64,000 nucleotides of DNA, from the NCBI RefSeq assembly GCF_963921235.1, contig NC_086097.1:23624001-23688000 (forward strand), given 5' to 3'. The notes below the pieces were generated by a model that saw only the letters and a program-made list of their open reading frames with translations, was not told where the DNA came from and searched no databases. Every line of letters starts with the position of its first letter. Position 1 is the stretch's first letter. Positions 1 through 11,699 of the stretch are shown here, one piece after another. The position numbers were made by a program, and so were the translations under genes. Source of the stretch: Mobula hypostoma. Lineage: Eukaryota.

Positions 1-255
1 AGCCATGGAAGCAGGTGGTGGATGGTCGTATGAGGAGCGGGTGCACATCACAATTCCTGGTTATGCAACCACTGACGCCAGACAGACAATCTCTGAAGAA
101 TATTGATAATGGCTGGGGTTACCCGTCTTGTAAAGACACTGCCCAGAAGAAGGCAATGGCAAACCACTCCTGTAGAAAAAATTGCCAGGAACAATCATGG
201 TCATGGAAAGATGATGACTGTACACTTCATACGACTTGGCATATAATGAATGAAG
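1..255 (+). mobile_element. RTE-derived short non-autonomous retroposon (Bov-A-like), cut by window start
   Basis: Contains GAAGGCAATGGCAAACCACTCC, a motif typical of RTE-derived SINE/bipartite elements, and ends in a short TGAATGAA tail. No coding capacity. Confidence 0.55.
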
Positions 256-958
256 TATTATATGACTCAATATTAACGAATGTTCTGGGTCCAAATATTC
301 CTGCACTACATGACCAATTTTATTTTGAAGATTTTTAATTTTTTTATGTCAGTATGAGATTTCATTATACAGTCTTTTTACTACATAGTCTTAACCTTGC
401 CTTACCTCCAGGCAACAAAGCATTGCTTTGGGCTGCGTATGTTAATGCATTCTGCTTTGATTCAAGATTCTGCATTGGCAACCTTGTGGTCAAGAGGAGG
501 TATCTACTAGGATACTTGGTTTTCATAGTGAGAGCAATGTGGAGTGAGTGGCAGAATTGTTCAAACACCTCACACTGAAGAAGATCACAATTATGCTTTG
601 ACATTTCCTATCCTTACTTTGGTTCATAGTGAGAGGCAGCTGGATGGAAGACAGAAACAGAAGAAAATAGGAGCAGGGGGAGACCACCAGACCCCTTAAG
701 ACTGTCCCACCATTCAAAGTACAAAAGTTCAAAGTTCACATTAAATTTATTATCAAAGTACATATATGTCACCACATGCTATCCTTCGATTCACTTTTTG
801 CAGGATTCAGAGTAGAACAGAGAAATACAATAAAATCAATGAAAAACTATACAAAGACTGACAAGTAACCAATGTACAAAACAAGATGAACTGTGGAATG
901 AATGAATAGATACATAAATAAATAATACTGAGAACATGACTTGGGGGAGTAGTCCATA

Positions 959-1650
959 TGTAGCGCTCCGGCTGCCCTCAGGGTTGCTCAGCTCGCTGTC
1001 GTCTAGGTTAACAGCCTCGGCCCCGCCAAACTGGATAATTCGTTTGTGTGGATGCTATGTGATGTACCCCACCCCACCCAAATAACAGACAATACACCAG
1101 ATGCAATTAAATGATTTATAGTTTATAGATATTACTGGAACTATATAATTAAGAGAGAATAAAATATAAAAGGAAAATAAAAGGCGCCACACTTATCAAA
1201 GTTCAATCTCTTCGTGCACAAAACAGTTGGAGCTCAAGGACCTTCTTCTTCACCCTGCGACCCCTCGGACCACCTCGACTGGCCGCCTGGGACCAACAAT
1301 GGTGGTCGACCAGACGCTCCACACAAGTCTGTCTCCGTCTCCTCGCCGAACGCCCTCCTCAGGGTCTGACCCCGTTAGTGGACATCACAGCACATCGTCC
1401 ATCCTCTGTCTCGCTCTCCCGCCTTCTGCCCCAAAACCCCGCGCATACAGTATCTTCAAATACACCAAAACCATAACAACTATCCCAATTGGTTAATAGC
1501 ACCCTCTAATCACCCTCTAAACAAAAACAAACTGCTAGCGCAAACTTTCTCAGCGTTTAACACAACAAAGCCGCATTCCCCACATTAACATAACAAAGAT
1601 GCCATTTTAATTAGCCTCCGCAGTAACATAAAAGTCGAAACCCCCTTACA
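959..1650 (-). mobile_element. Solo LTR (692 bp; Gypsy or ERV type)
   Basis: Starts TGTA and ends TACA, flanked by CATA at 955-958 and 1651-1654. Removing it rejoins a Rex1-type 3' UTR (agtccata|tgttgtggaatc, compare 57717-57736). Strand is tentative. Confidence 0.8.
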
Positions 1651-1923
1651 CATATGTTGTGGAATCAATACATTCAGTGTGATTGTGGTTAATTTATGCT
1701 GGAGTGAGCTCCTCTTCTGTGCCTGTTGCCCCCAACCATTAATTTCTTGATCTTTCACATACTTGGCTATCTCGAGTTTAAATATACCCATAATGTGGCT
1801 TCCACCACACCCTGGAGCAGAGAGTTCCAGAGATTCACTACCGTCCAGAGTCACTGAGTCATAGAGTGTTACAGTGCGAAACAGGCCCTTCAGCCCATCT
1901 AGTATGTGCTGCTCTATCTAGTC

Positions 1924-1994
1924 CAGGGGTCCCCAACCTTTTTTGTGCCATGAACCAATGCCATTAAGTAATGGACCCCAGGTTGGGAACCCCT
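1924..1994. mobile_element. Small hAT (Charlie-like) MITE
   Basis: TIRs CAGGGGTCCCCAACC ... GGTTGGGAACCCCT; CTAGTCC recurs at both junctions; lies within a CR1 3' fragment. Confidence 0.7.
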
Positions 1995-3627
1995 AGTCCC
2001 ATTGACTTGCATGTGGACAAAAGCCCTCCACAGCTCTCCCACCTGAGAGAAGAAATTTTTAAGTGCCTCAGTTTTAAAGACCAACCCCACCATTTTTGTT
2101 GTTGCCTCTCCTTATCCTTGGCTGTCTTGCTTGTGAAAGTAACTTGGTATCTACCCTGAAAAACCGGGGTATATGTTTGAATAAATTCCAAGGAAGACAG
2201 ACCTAAACTATTTAGCCTGTCTTAATAAGACTAAACTCTGGTCTCACAAATTGGCATTTCTGAAAAACTTTGATGTTACTGTGTCTTTGTTTAGATAAAT
2301 GGGACTAAAACGGTACACAGCAGTCCAGGAGCAGTCTCACCAGTGCCTATAAAACTGTGACAAAACCTGTTCTTAACTATCTGCTCAATCTACTTGCCCC
2401 CATTTTGTGATCCACGCACTGGAAAACCAAGACTTTTCCAAACTTCACTCACTTGCAGGGTCCCACGATGTAAATAATGATTTGCCTTTTGATTCCTCTT
2501 GCCAAAGTACATGTACTCACACCTCCCCACATTAAATTTCATTTGCTAGTTTACAAGTTCAAGTTCCAGATTTTGTCTTTCAACCGTACACATGTGTACT
2601 GGCCAAAATGCAGCAATGTTCCTCCAGAACAAGTTGCACAACACAGTATGTATGTTACTCACACAACATATAAAGTCGAATTACCACAAATAAATTTATA
2701 AATAATGTGTATTTATGTCATGAGTTAAAAAGGAAATAAAATAACGCTACTATTGCGATTGAGTAAAGATGATGGCGGTGGCTGGGAAGGTGGTGAAACT
2801 GATCCTGTCCCGGGAGCAGAGTGAAACCAAATGGAGATGTGGACATGGTACTGAGAGGTGCCCAACACCATACAGAAGTTCCATCTTGATACCACAGTCA
2901 AATAAGGAACAAATAAAGTGTGAGAGATGTCTATGAGAAACACCCACATCACTGACCCCAGGGTTATCAATGTTCCGGTGATTAAGGGTAGAATGGATCT
3001 TGAAGAAACGATTGTAGTTTGGAAGCAGCAGACATACATCTTGCATTACTTGCATGAGACAGAGACTTCACGACCTCCTGATGCAGATACAATAGGTTCT
3101 TTTAAGAGACTCTTAGATAGGTACATGGAGCTTACAAAAATAGAGGACAATACAGTAGGAAAGTTCTAGGCAGTTTCTAGAGTAGGTTACATGGTCGGTG
3201 CAATATTATGGGCTGAAGGGCCTGTAATGTGCGGTAGATGTTTCTTACATCCAAGTTCCTTTTCAACAGTAATGGGAATTGAACCCCGAACCTACAGTTA
3301 CCGCTGCAAAGCATTGCACTAAGTGCTACACTACCCTGCCAGCCCAGAATTCAATGATTTTTGACAGCACCATCTCTGGAGTCAAGTGTTTAAAAGAAGA
3401 GATGTGGAGGGAGCCCAAGCCTAGAGAATTTCATTTGAAGAATTTGAGTGATGTTAGAAATGCAGATAATTATAAAAAGAACAAATCTGTATTTATGTGT
3501 TTGATGCATTCGTGAGCAGACAAAAATGGTAAGGATTGCCCAGGTTAAATTCTCAATTAACTGGATGACAAATCATTTCAGAGATAAGTTATGGATATCA
3601 TTTTATGTGCCTAAAGTCACTAATAGG

Positions 3628-4280
3628 TATTGGAATTGGTTTATTATTGCGTTTATACTGACATACAGTGAAAAGCAAGTCTTGCATACTGTTTATACAG
3701 ATCAAATCATTACACAGTGCATTGAGGAAGAACAAGGTAAAACACTAACAGAAAGCAGAATGAAGTGTAACAGCTGCAGAGAAAGTGCAGAGCTGCTGGA
3801 CAATACGGTGAAAGATCATAGTGAGGTAGATAGTGAGGCTAAGAGTCCATCTAACCATACTAGGGAACCATTCAATAATTTGATAACATTGGGATAGAAG
3901 CTGTCCTTGACCCTAATGATACGTGGTTTCAGTCTTTTGTATCTTCTGCCCAATGGGAAAGGGGAGAGGAAAGAATGTCTGGGGTGGGTGGGTTCTTTGA
4001 TTATACTGGCTGCTTTACTGCTGCAGTGAGAAGTATAGACAGAGCTCATAGAGAGAAGGCTGGTGTCCACAACTCTACAGTTTCTTGTGGTCACAGGCAG
4101 AACCGTTGACATACCAAGCCAGATAAGACACTTTCTGCAGTACATCCATAAAAATTGCTGAAGGTCGATGGGGACATACTAAATTGGTTTAGCTTCTGGA
4201 GGAAGTCAAGGTGTTGGTCAGCTTTCTTGACCGTGGCCGTGGGATCTGGACAGGTAGCTGGTACTGTTCACTCCTAGGAA
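3628..4280 (-). mobile_element. Rex1/Babar-type LINE 3' fragment
   Basis: ORF 3816..4145 encodes KAASIIKEPTHPRHS...GRRYKRLK...KDSFYPNVIKLLN, the typical C-terminus of these LINE ORFs. Confidence 0.75.
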
Positions 4281-4782
4281 TAGTATGCTGGATAAAGAGG
4301 CCTCTTGTATGAGATTATTTTTCAAATAATTCATAGGTTTTATTGTTACAACGGCAAGACAAACACATGGTTCTGGATTGTTTTCAGTGACTAAATTTAA
4401 AGTTTGCAATCCATGTGAGATTTTATACTAAATCCCCAGTGCAATAACCTAACACATTCACAAATTCTAATCACAAATCTCTTTGTCCTCTTCAGCAAGC
4501 AAAAGTGCTGTACAACCAATAAATTGTTTGTGAACTTTAGTCACGGTTGTTATAACCATGTACTCCATAAAGTAGGAAACAGCAGGCATGTAATAAAGGA
4601 TTTCTATCTCTCTCATTTGCTTGCTTTTCTCTTCCAGGGGAGAGGTTATGGGTATTTTACTCTCCAGGTGCCAACACTTCTTTGAGAACAGAAGCTTCAT
4701 TATGAGTAGATACTGCAAAAAAAAAGTCATCAACATTTGAAAATAATGAAGCAATTATTGTACGATTCCCAATACCACTTGA

Positions 4783-4840
4783 TAAGTGTTCTCTGATTGT
4801 GTGCAAGAAACTAAGTGTTCTCTGATTGTGTGTGAGAAAC
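4783..4840. repeat. 29-bp tandem duplication
   Basis: TAAGTGTTCTCTGATTGTGTGCAAGAAAC followed by TAAGTGTTCTCTGATTGTGTGTGAGAAAC (2 differences). Confidence 0.9.
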
Positions 4841-4900
4841 CGCAAATATCAGTTATTCAATCTTGTTCTGTTTGCAGTTATAAAGGAAATACTGTGTTTA

Positions 4901-5151
4901 AAACACAAGAGATTCTGCAAATGCTGGAAATCCAGTGCAGCACATAAGAAAATATTCGAGGAAGTCAGCAGGTCAGCCAACATCAATGGAGGGGAATAAA
5001 GAGTCAACATTTCAGGCCAAAAACCTTCATCAAAACATTTCAGGCCTTCATCTTGGTGAAGAGTCTCAGCCTAAAATGTCTTCTCTTTATTCCTCCCCTT
5101 TATTCCTGCCTGACCTGCTAAGTTCCTCCAGCATTTCGGTTGTGTTACTCT
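4901..5151. mobile_element. Fold-back unit of two inverted Penelope-like termini
   Basis: Left arm matches 52605-52740 and right arm matches 54100-54200; degenerate hammerhead-like cores meet in the centre. Confidence 0.7.
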
Positions 5152-5219
5152 AAAATATTGTGTTTGCTCTTCCGGCTTTTCTCAGTGAAATGGTAATGAT
5201 TAAAGGTTAAAGAAGCTTT

Positions 5220-5546
5220 ATTTGTTCTACATACATCAAAGTCGCGAAACAAACAGTGAAATGCGTTGTTTGTTGTTTTGTGTCAACGACCTACTCAATC
5301 AGAGGACTCTGCAGAGCAGCCTGCAAGTGTTGCCATTCTTCCGTTGGCAACATGTGTTAGCATGGTCACAACTCACTAACCCTAACCCCTATATCTTTGG
5401 AATGTGGAGGAAACTGGAGAAACTGGGAGAAATCTACATGGTCATGGGGAGAATGTACAAACTCCTTACAGACAGTGGCAGGAATCGAACCATGACCGGT
5501 GATTTTTGTGGCGCTGTAAAATGATTGTGTTAACTGCTACACCACG
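5220..5546 (-). mobile_element. tRNA-derived V-SINE (HE1-like)
   Basis: Minus strand has an A-box-like GTGGTGTAGCAGTTA, a B-box-like GGTTCGATTCC and the V-domain AAGGAGTTTGTACATTCTCCCC. Confidence 0.7.
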
Positions 5547-5904
5547 GTAGAAACAAATACAAAAGGTCGGAGAAATTTAGCAGATCAGGCTTCACCTATA
5601 GAGGGGAATAAACAGTTGATATTTTGGGCTGTGATCTTTCCTCAGGACCAGATAAAGGGCTCAGCCAAAAACATTGACTGTTTGTTCCTCTCCATAGATG
5701 TTGCCTAGATGCTATGTGGACACCTCATCCATGAAAATGTAAGCAACTCTTAGCCAACCAATGAAATGGCCTAACAACTGACATTTCAGAGTTAATTCAT
5801 CAGCACCATCTTTTCAATGACAGATATTCATTGAAATTCTCACTTGGCATTCCCACTTCCCAAAACAAATATAGGAAATGAGCAACACTCACAAAATGTT
5901 GGAT

Positions 5905-6066
5905 GAATGACAAGGATCTCGGCCCGAAACATCAACTGTATGAAGGGTCTCAAACCGAAACATCGACTGTACTCTTTTCCATAGACGCTGCCTGGCCTGC
6001 TGAGTTCCTCCAGCATTTTGTATGTGTTGCTTGGATTTCCAGCATCTGCAGATGTTCTCCTGTTTA
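5905..6066 (+). mobile_element. Penelope-like terminus with two tandem hammerhead-like units
   Basis: GGATCTCGGCCCGAAACATCAACTG followed by ATGAAGGGTCTCAAACCGAAACATCGACTG, then the conserved GCTGCCTGGCCTGCTGAGTTCCTCCAGC tail. Confidence 0.7.
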
Positions 6067-7099
6067 CTATAGGAAATGAGGAGGTCATTATCAAGCTGGT
6101 TAGTGCCTTCAGTGTGGCATACAATTTCAGAGATTGAGGTGCAGAGAAAAACTGATGAATTGGAGACAGACTCAGAAAGGGCTTGAGTGAAAATGATCCA
6201 ATTCTGGAGGCTTAAGGACACATCTGGCATGTTATGTCATCAAAGTAATTGAGAAAGCTAAGACTATGGAAAAGTAAGGCAGAGACTATTACATTACGTT
6301 GTAGAGGGTGGACAAGGGAACACAGGTACAAAGCCAAGTACAAAACAAATTTAGCTCTGATATATGAGTATGATCTCAGCCAAATCAATTGACGTTCAGA
6401 TCAGACACGTGGATAAAGTTGCTGTGTGATGACTGGAATGAACACATGCTATCGTGGCGGAATTGTATATTGGTCCTGGATAGATGTAATAACGGAGGTC
6501 AAAGGTCTGGTGTATTGTGTAATGCTCAAATCACCAATGAGCTCATTCTGCTGGTGCTATAGGTTTAAATCACCAATTAGCTCACTCTCCTATGTCAAAT
6601 CCATATGACCATAAAGCATTGGAGCAGAATTAGCCCATTTGACCCATTGAGTCTTCTCTGCCATTCAATCGTAGCTGATTTATTTTTCCTCTCAACCCCA
6701 CTCTCCTGTCTTCACCTTGTGACCTTTGACACCCTACCATTAAGGAGGAGGTACAGAGCCTAAAGACGTGCACTCAGCATTTTGGAGTAACACAGACAAA
6801 ATGCTGGAGGAACTATGCTGGTGGGACTACCCCAGAGGTCATGGGTTAAGGATAAAAGGTGAAAAGTTTAAGGGAAAACCTCTTCACTCAGAGTGTCATG
6901 AGAGTGTGAAATGAGCTGCCAGCACAAGTAGTGCATGCAAGCTCGATTTCAACTTTTAAGAGAAGTTTGGAGAGGTACCATGGATGGTAGAGGGCAATGG
7001 TCCTGGTGAAGGTTGAAGGGGCAAGGCAGTTTAAATGGTTCAGCATGGACTAGATAGGCCGAAGGGCCTGTTTCTTTCCTGTACTTTCCTAAGACTCTA

Positions 7100-7670
7100 C
7101 GAACACAGTAGGTCAGGCAGCATCTATAGAAAGGAAAGAAAAATTGACATTTCAGGCCAAGACCCTTCATCAGGACTGGAAATGAAGGAGTAAAATGCCA
7201 GAAATAAGAAGACTGGTGGGCGGGAGTGGAGGGGAAGGAATACAAGCTGGAAGATGATAGATGAAGCCAAGTAAGGGGAAGATGGGTGGGTAGGCGAGGG
7301 TGGAAAAGGTTAAAGAGCTGAAGAAGAAAGAATCTGATAAGGGAGGAGTGTGGACCATGGGGGAACGAGAAGGAGGAGAGGCACCAGAGGCAGGTGATGG
7401 GCAGATGTGGAGAAGAGAAGGGGCTAGAGGAGAACCAGAATGAGGGAGGAAAAAGAGAAAAATGGGAACGGGAGAAATTACCGACATGCTGTCAGGTTGA
7501 AAGCCGCCCATATGGAACATGAGGTGTTGCTCCTCCATCCTAAGAGTGGCCTCATTGTAGCAGTATTGGAGGTCATGGACCAATATGTAGGAATGGGAAT
7601 GAGGATTGGAATTAAGATGGTCACCAAGAAATCCTTCTTGTTGCAGATGGAACGAAAGAGCTTGACACAG
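7100..7670 (-). mobile_element. Penelope-like element 3' fragment
   Basis: EATLRMEEQHLMFHMGGFQPDSM (ORF 7170..7583) matches the endonuclease C-terminus seen at 53813-53900; hammerhead-like motif near 7143-7179. Confidence 0.75.
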
Positions 7671-7761
7671 CTGATCAGAAACAACTTCTTCCCAGGGGTG
7701 CAGTGCTAACTTTTTTAGGTGCTGGAGCTGACAAAATGCTTGCCATTTCCTATATCCTCTC

Positions 7762-7884
7762 TATATATATGTCACACCCAATTTGTGTACCTGCTCATTT
7801 CATGTACTGGGCAACTTCCTTGCCCCATTCATGTAATGAGCAGTTACATAAATTGGGTGTGACATATATATATATATATATATA
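7762..7884. repeat. ~95-bp palindrome (MITE-like) flanked by (TA)n
   Basis: TATATGTCACACCCAATTTGTGTACCTGCTCATTTCATG pairs with CATGTAATGAGCAGTTACATAAATTGGGTGTGACATATA (3 mismatches in 39). Confidence 0.85.
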
Positions 7885-8187
7885 GGGCTTCTTATAATGT
7901 CAAGCACTAACCAAGATGAAAGAAATATATGAATTCCAGAGCTCCACAGAAATATAGTGATAGTTAAGACATTAACAAGATTATAGCATATCACTACATT
8001 TCTGTGTGTAACTGGTACATTAAAACATATAATACTTAATTTAATGATATGACAAAGTATTGCACGGTTGCACTTACTAATTATCATAAAATATAATTAT
8101 CAAGCAAGTAAAGAAAAAGACGGTAATCATATATTTTACCAATTTAAGAGTAATTACCTACTTACCAAATGCCACCAATGAGAAGTT

Positions 8188-9864
8188 TCACAATAATTTC
8201 CACGAAGGGTCAGGCGTAATATATGTCCAGGAGTCTGAAGCGACTCTTGGCCTGGTGTCATCTGCTGATCTGTGGTACCGCAGCCATGATGTGACATACG
8301 GCTCAGGATTCCACTGAAATAGAGGAGGTCTGTGTAGTTTAACAAACATAAGTGCTGATACATGCTCTATGAGAATTCTTGAGTGTGTTGTTGTTATTAC
8401 CAAGTTCATGTGACTGAATCCTCTCACACTCAGCAGTACTAATAGGAATAACTTGTGAACAGCTCAGTAATGGGCGTAAATCTTGGGGGATGCCGCATCC
8501 AGAATCCTCCACATAATCTCTGAAGGCATTTATTACAGAGGAAGAAGAAAGCTTAAACCTCTTACAGAGAGATGATATTGCAGCTTCTCCATAATTAGGT
8601 GGTATTTCAGCAGGCCAGTTATCTTTATCAAGAACACACATTTCATTTAGCAGGGATTTATACATACCTTGAAGTTTAAAAGTTTGAGAACCTTTCAAGG
8701 ATGTTGCTGTGAAGATACGGTGCTGCAAATTGTTTATAAGACTAGTAAGAAACTGTAGATAATTAATGGAAACAATTTTGTTTTGCTTGTTAAGGTAATT
8801 TCTCCAAACTTCCCCTTTTCAGCTGCCTCTTGAGCTTCTAGAGTTTTTGTACCAGGTTGCTCTTTCAGTCCATGCAGTGACCTTACGCTCCATTGGATCA
8901 GTTTGTCTGCATAAACAATCGTAGTAGTGTGTTTCTGTAAACACTCTGACAGTAAACCAAGTTCATGCAACGTGTCATACATTAGAGCCAAGTCCAATGG
9001 AAACTGTTCTGAAGAGAGTCTTTTCAACAGACCTTCATAGGTTTTTCTGTCACTCCAGATCTTGTTTCATCCTTCGTTGCTTTTTCAAAATGAAAACCCA
9101 GTGCTTCATAATTTTGCCACACTGCTGAAACTGTTTGAAACGAGCTAGCTACCCACCTGGTGCCCAGAACACGGCCTATTTTGCAAATTTGTTGTTCTAG
9201 TTGAGAGGCACATTCAGACAGTTCCTTTTGATTTAGAGGTGATCTACTGGAAACAGAGTACAATTTGTCCATAAATGATTGAAAATGGTTTATTCCATAA
9301 ACTGCTCTCACTGAATCACCTACTGCAAATTCTAATCTGTGATTAAGACAGTGCCAAATTTTCATATCAGGGTAATGTTCCTTGAGAATTGTAGCAACAC
9401 TAGATTTGACACCAAGCATTACGCTCGCCCCATCACTAGCAAATGCTACAAGGTTCTGTTTCAAGTAAGAGTCATCAGACCCATGGTTATTGAGACAGTT
9501 CAATAGATGCTTAGCAATAGTTGCAGCTTTCTGATCAGGCAGTTCAATTAGATCTAAAAACATAAAATGGGGATCGCCTTCCTTATCACTTTCACATTTC
9601 AAATAAACTACTAGGGCGGTCTTGATGCTCAGGCTTGTTGATTCATCAATGAGAACAGAAAGTTTGCCATTTATCTGTTTGATATGCTAGCAAATTTTCT
9701 TTTTCATATTAATAGCTATGTGATTAATTATCTCTGTATCACTAGTGCGGGAATGCAGTCCAATTCCAATGTCAATACCTTTTTTTTTGAAGTTCCAATA
9801 AGCCAAAGTGATCAGAGTATGGTCTATCATTCTGAGCTAAATAATATGCAGAACAAAAAATTGA
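8188..9864 (-). pseudogene. hAT transposase (ZNF862-like), frameshifted with internal stops
   Basis: Motifs in order: AYYLAQNDRPYSDH, LIDEST (first catalytic D, read by hand near 9640), ASDGASVMLG (second D), HCLNHRLE (CxxH), TRWVAS, PISTAECERGFS (catalytic E, across a frameshift). ORFs 9024..9602, 8734..9027, 8339..8728, 8188..8427. Confidence 0.88.
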
Positions 9865-10046
9865 ACGAACCAGAGAGACCATTTTTGCCATTGTAGGGGT
9901 AGCACTAACACTTCCACGAATTTCAGCTTCTTTCTGCTTTATTGTGCGAATGCTCGATTCCTTCTCACCGAACTTGCGGCCCACTTTGGCAAGCGACATG
10001 CCACTTTTCAAAAGATCTAAGATTTTTATTTTCTCGGCGAACAATG
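9865..10046 (-). pseudogene. Tigger/pogo (CENP-B-type) N-terminal HTH fragment
   Basis: EKIKILDLLKSGMSLAKVGRKFGEKESSIRTIKQKEAEIRGSVSATPTMAKMVSLVR resembles the HTH_psq N-terminus of Tigger transposases. Confidence 0.75.
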
Positions 10047-10739
10047 CTCAAACAACGAGTGCTGGAGAGAGACTGAGGATCGGTGAAATGGCGGGAGGCT
10101 ACAGCAGGGAATGCTGGGACAACGGGTCAAGCGAGGAGGAATTTCACAAATACCTAAATAAAAAACAATCACAGCTCCAGGATTTCACCAAAAACGATCA
10201 AATATCCTAATGTTATTCGTGGTATTTTCCCCACCAGCCACCACCCCCTCTCCCCAACCCCCAATTCCGTAAAATTCCCGCTATTTAATATGCGGCCGCT
10301 GTTAAATTCCCCGCTTGATTATTATGACTTTTTTTTTACAGAGGTGCTGGAGTGGTGCTCGGGTGAGCTCCGGAACACTGCCCCCTGTTTCTTCCCCTCT
10401 GCCATTGCCTTATAGGGATGAACACTACCTCACTATTCCTCTTTTTCCCAATTTATTTATTTTATTTCTTATTGTAACTTAATAGTAATTTGGTATATCT
10501 TACCTTCCACTGCTTCTACAAAATAATAAATTTCATGGCATGTCAGTAACAATAAACCTGCTTCAGATTATTTCTGATCCCTTAATGAACTTGTGTCCCT
10601 TTGTTATCGGACTTCCTGCCAATGGGAACAAAATCTCCATGTCTACCCACAAACCTTCATAATTTTGAATGCCTGTTTTGGGTTTTTCGATAATGAAAAC
10701 AATTGAATCCTATCTCACCCCCTTACCCAAGTTTTAGCC

Positions 10740-11050
10740 TTTAGCACAACGCTTTACAGTGCCAGCTGTAAGATCTAGGTTTAATTCCCACTGCAGTCTT
10801 TAAGGAGTTTGCACCTTCTCCTCATGACAACGTGGATTTCCTCCATGTGCTCCAATTCCATCCCATATTCTAAAGGATTGTGGGTAAAGGCATTAGTGAG
10901 TTGTGAGCATGCTATGTTGGCACCGGAAGCATGGCAACACTTGTGGGCTGCTGAGCAGAATCCTGGCTAATTCGATTTAACGCAAACAATTTCACTGTAT
11001 GTTTTGATGTTTCAATCTTCATGTAAAAAATAAAGCTCATCTGAAGCTAA
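10740..11050 (+). mobile_element. V-SINE (HE1-like)
   Basis: Decayed tRNA head, V-domain TAAGGAGTTTGCACCTTCTCC...GGATTTCCTCC, and AATAAAGCT tail. Confidence 0.7.
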
Positions 11051-11227
11051 TCAACCCTGGTATAATTCCGGTAAAATTTCTCAGGAGCCTCTTCAATGCC
11101 TGGGATATCCTTCCTGAAACACGGGGATTTGTGTTAGACTCAACTCTTGTTATTTTTTAACATAACAAGATTATTTTAAAGTTCCATATTTAAGCATGGC
11201 TTCAAAAAATTTTAATGCTTTTTTTTT

Positions 11228-11516
11228 ATAGGCATCTGTTAGTCTCATGAGACCATAGATTTGCGCCTTGGAAAGTTTCCAGGGCACAGGACTGGGCAAG
11301 GTTGTGTGGAAGACCAGCAGTTGCCCATGCTGCAAGTCTCCCCTCTCCATGCCACCGATGTTGTCCAAGGGAAGGGCATTAGGACCCATACAGCTTGGCA
11401 CTGGTGTCATCGCAGAGCAATGTGTGGTTAAGTGCGGTGCTCAAGGACACACACACTGCCTCAGCCAAGGCTCGAACTAGCAACCTTCAAATCCCTAGAC
11501 GAACACCTTCACCACT
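11228..11516 (-). mobile_element. tRNA-headed SINE of a second family (probably RTE-type tail)
   Basis: Minus strand reads AGTGGTGAAGG (A-box), AGTTCGAGCC (B-box), CORE-like GTGTCCTTGAGC...CACTTAACC, and ends at a poly(A) run. Confidence 0.6.
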
Positions 11517-11699
11517 TTTTAAACAGATAAATTATCTTGTCCTGCCATAATTCAGGATTTATGTGTGTGAACCTTCGGAGGTTCTTTACCAATTACTGTG
11601 TGTGTCCTCTCCTTTTCATCCTCACCGGAAATTAGATGTTGTTTCCTTCTCCATGGCTCTGACACACTGTCTGTGTGGAAGTCATGGTTATCATCATGA

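Larger units (their letters stand above)
7693..10387 (-). mobile_element. hAT DNA transposon with both ends, decayed
   Basis: Left TIR CAGGGGTGCAGTGCT versus reverse complement of right end CAGGGGGCAGTGTT. 8-bp TSD CTTCTTCC (7685-7692) / TTTCTTCC (10388-10395). Subterminal AGGTGCTGGAG near both ends. Inserted in a Rex1-type tail. Confidence 0.88.

Noticed and set aside
8188..9864. Domesticated ZNF862-like host gene
   Set aside because: Multiple stops and frameshifts with TIRs and TSD retained indicate a dead transposon copy.
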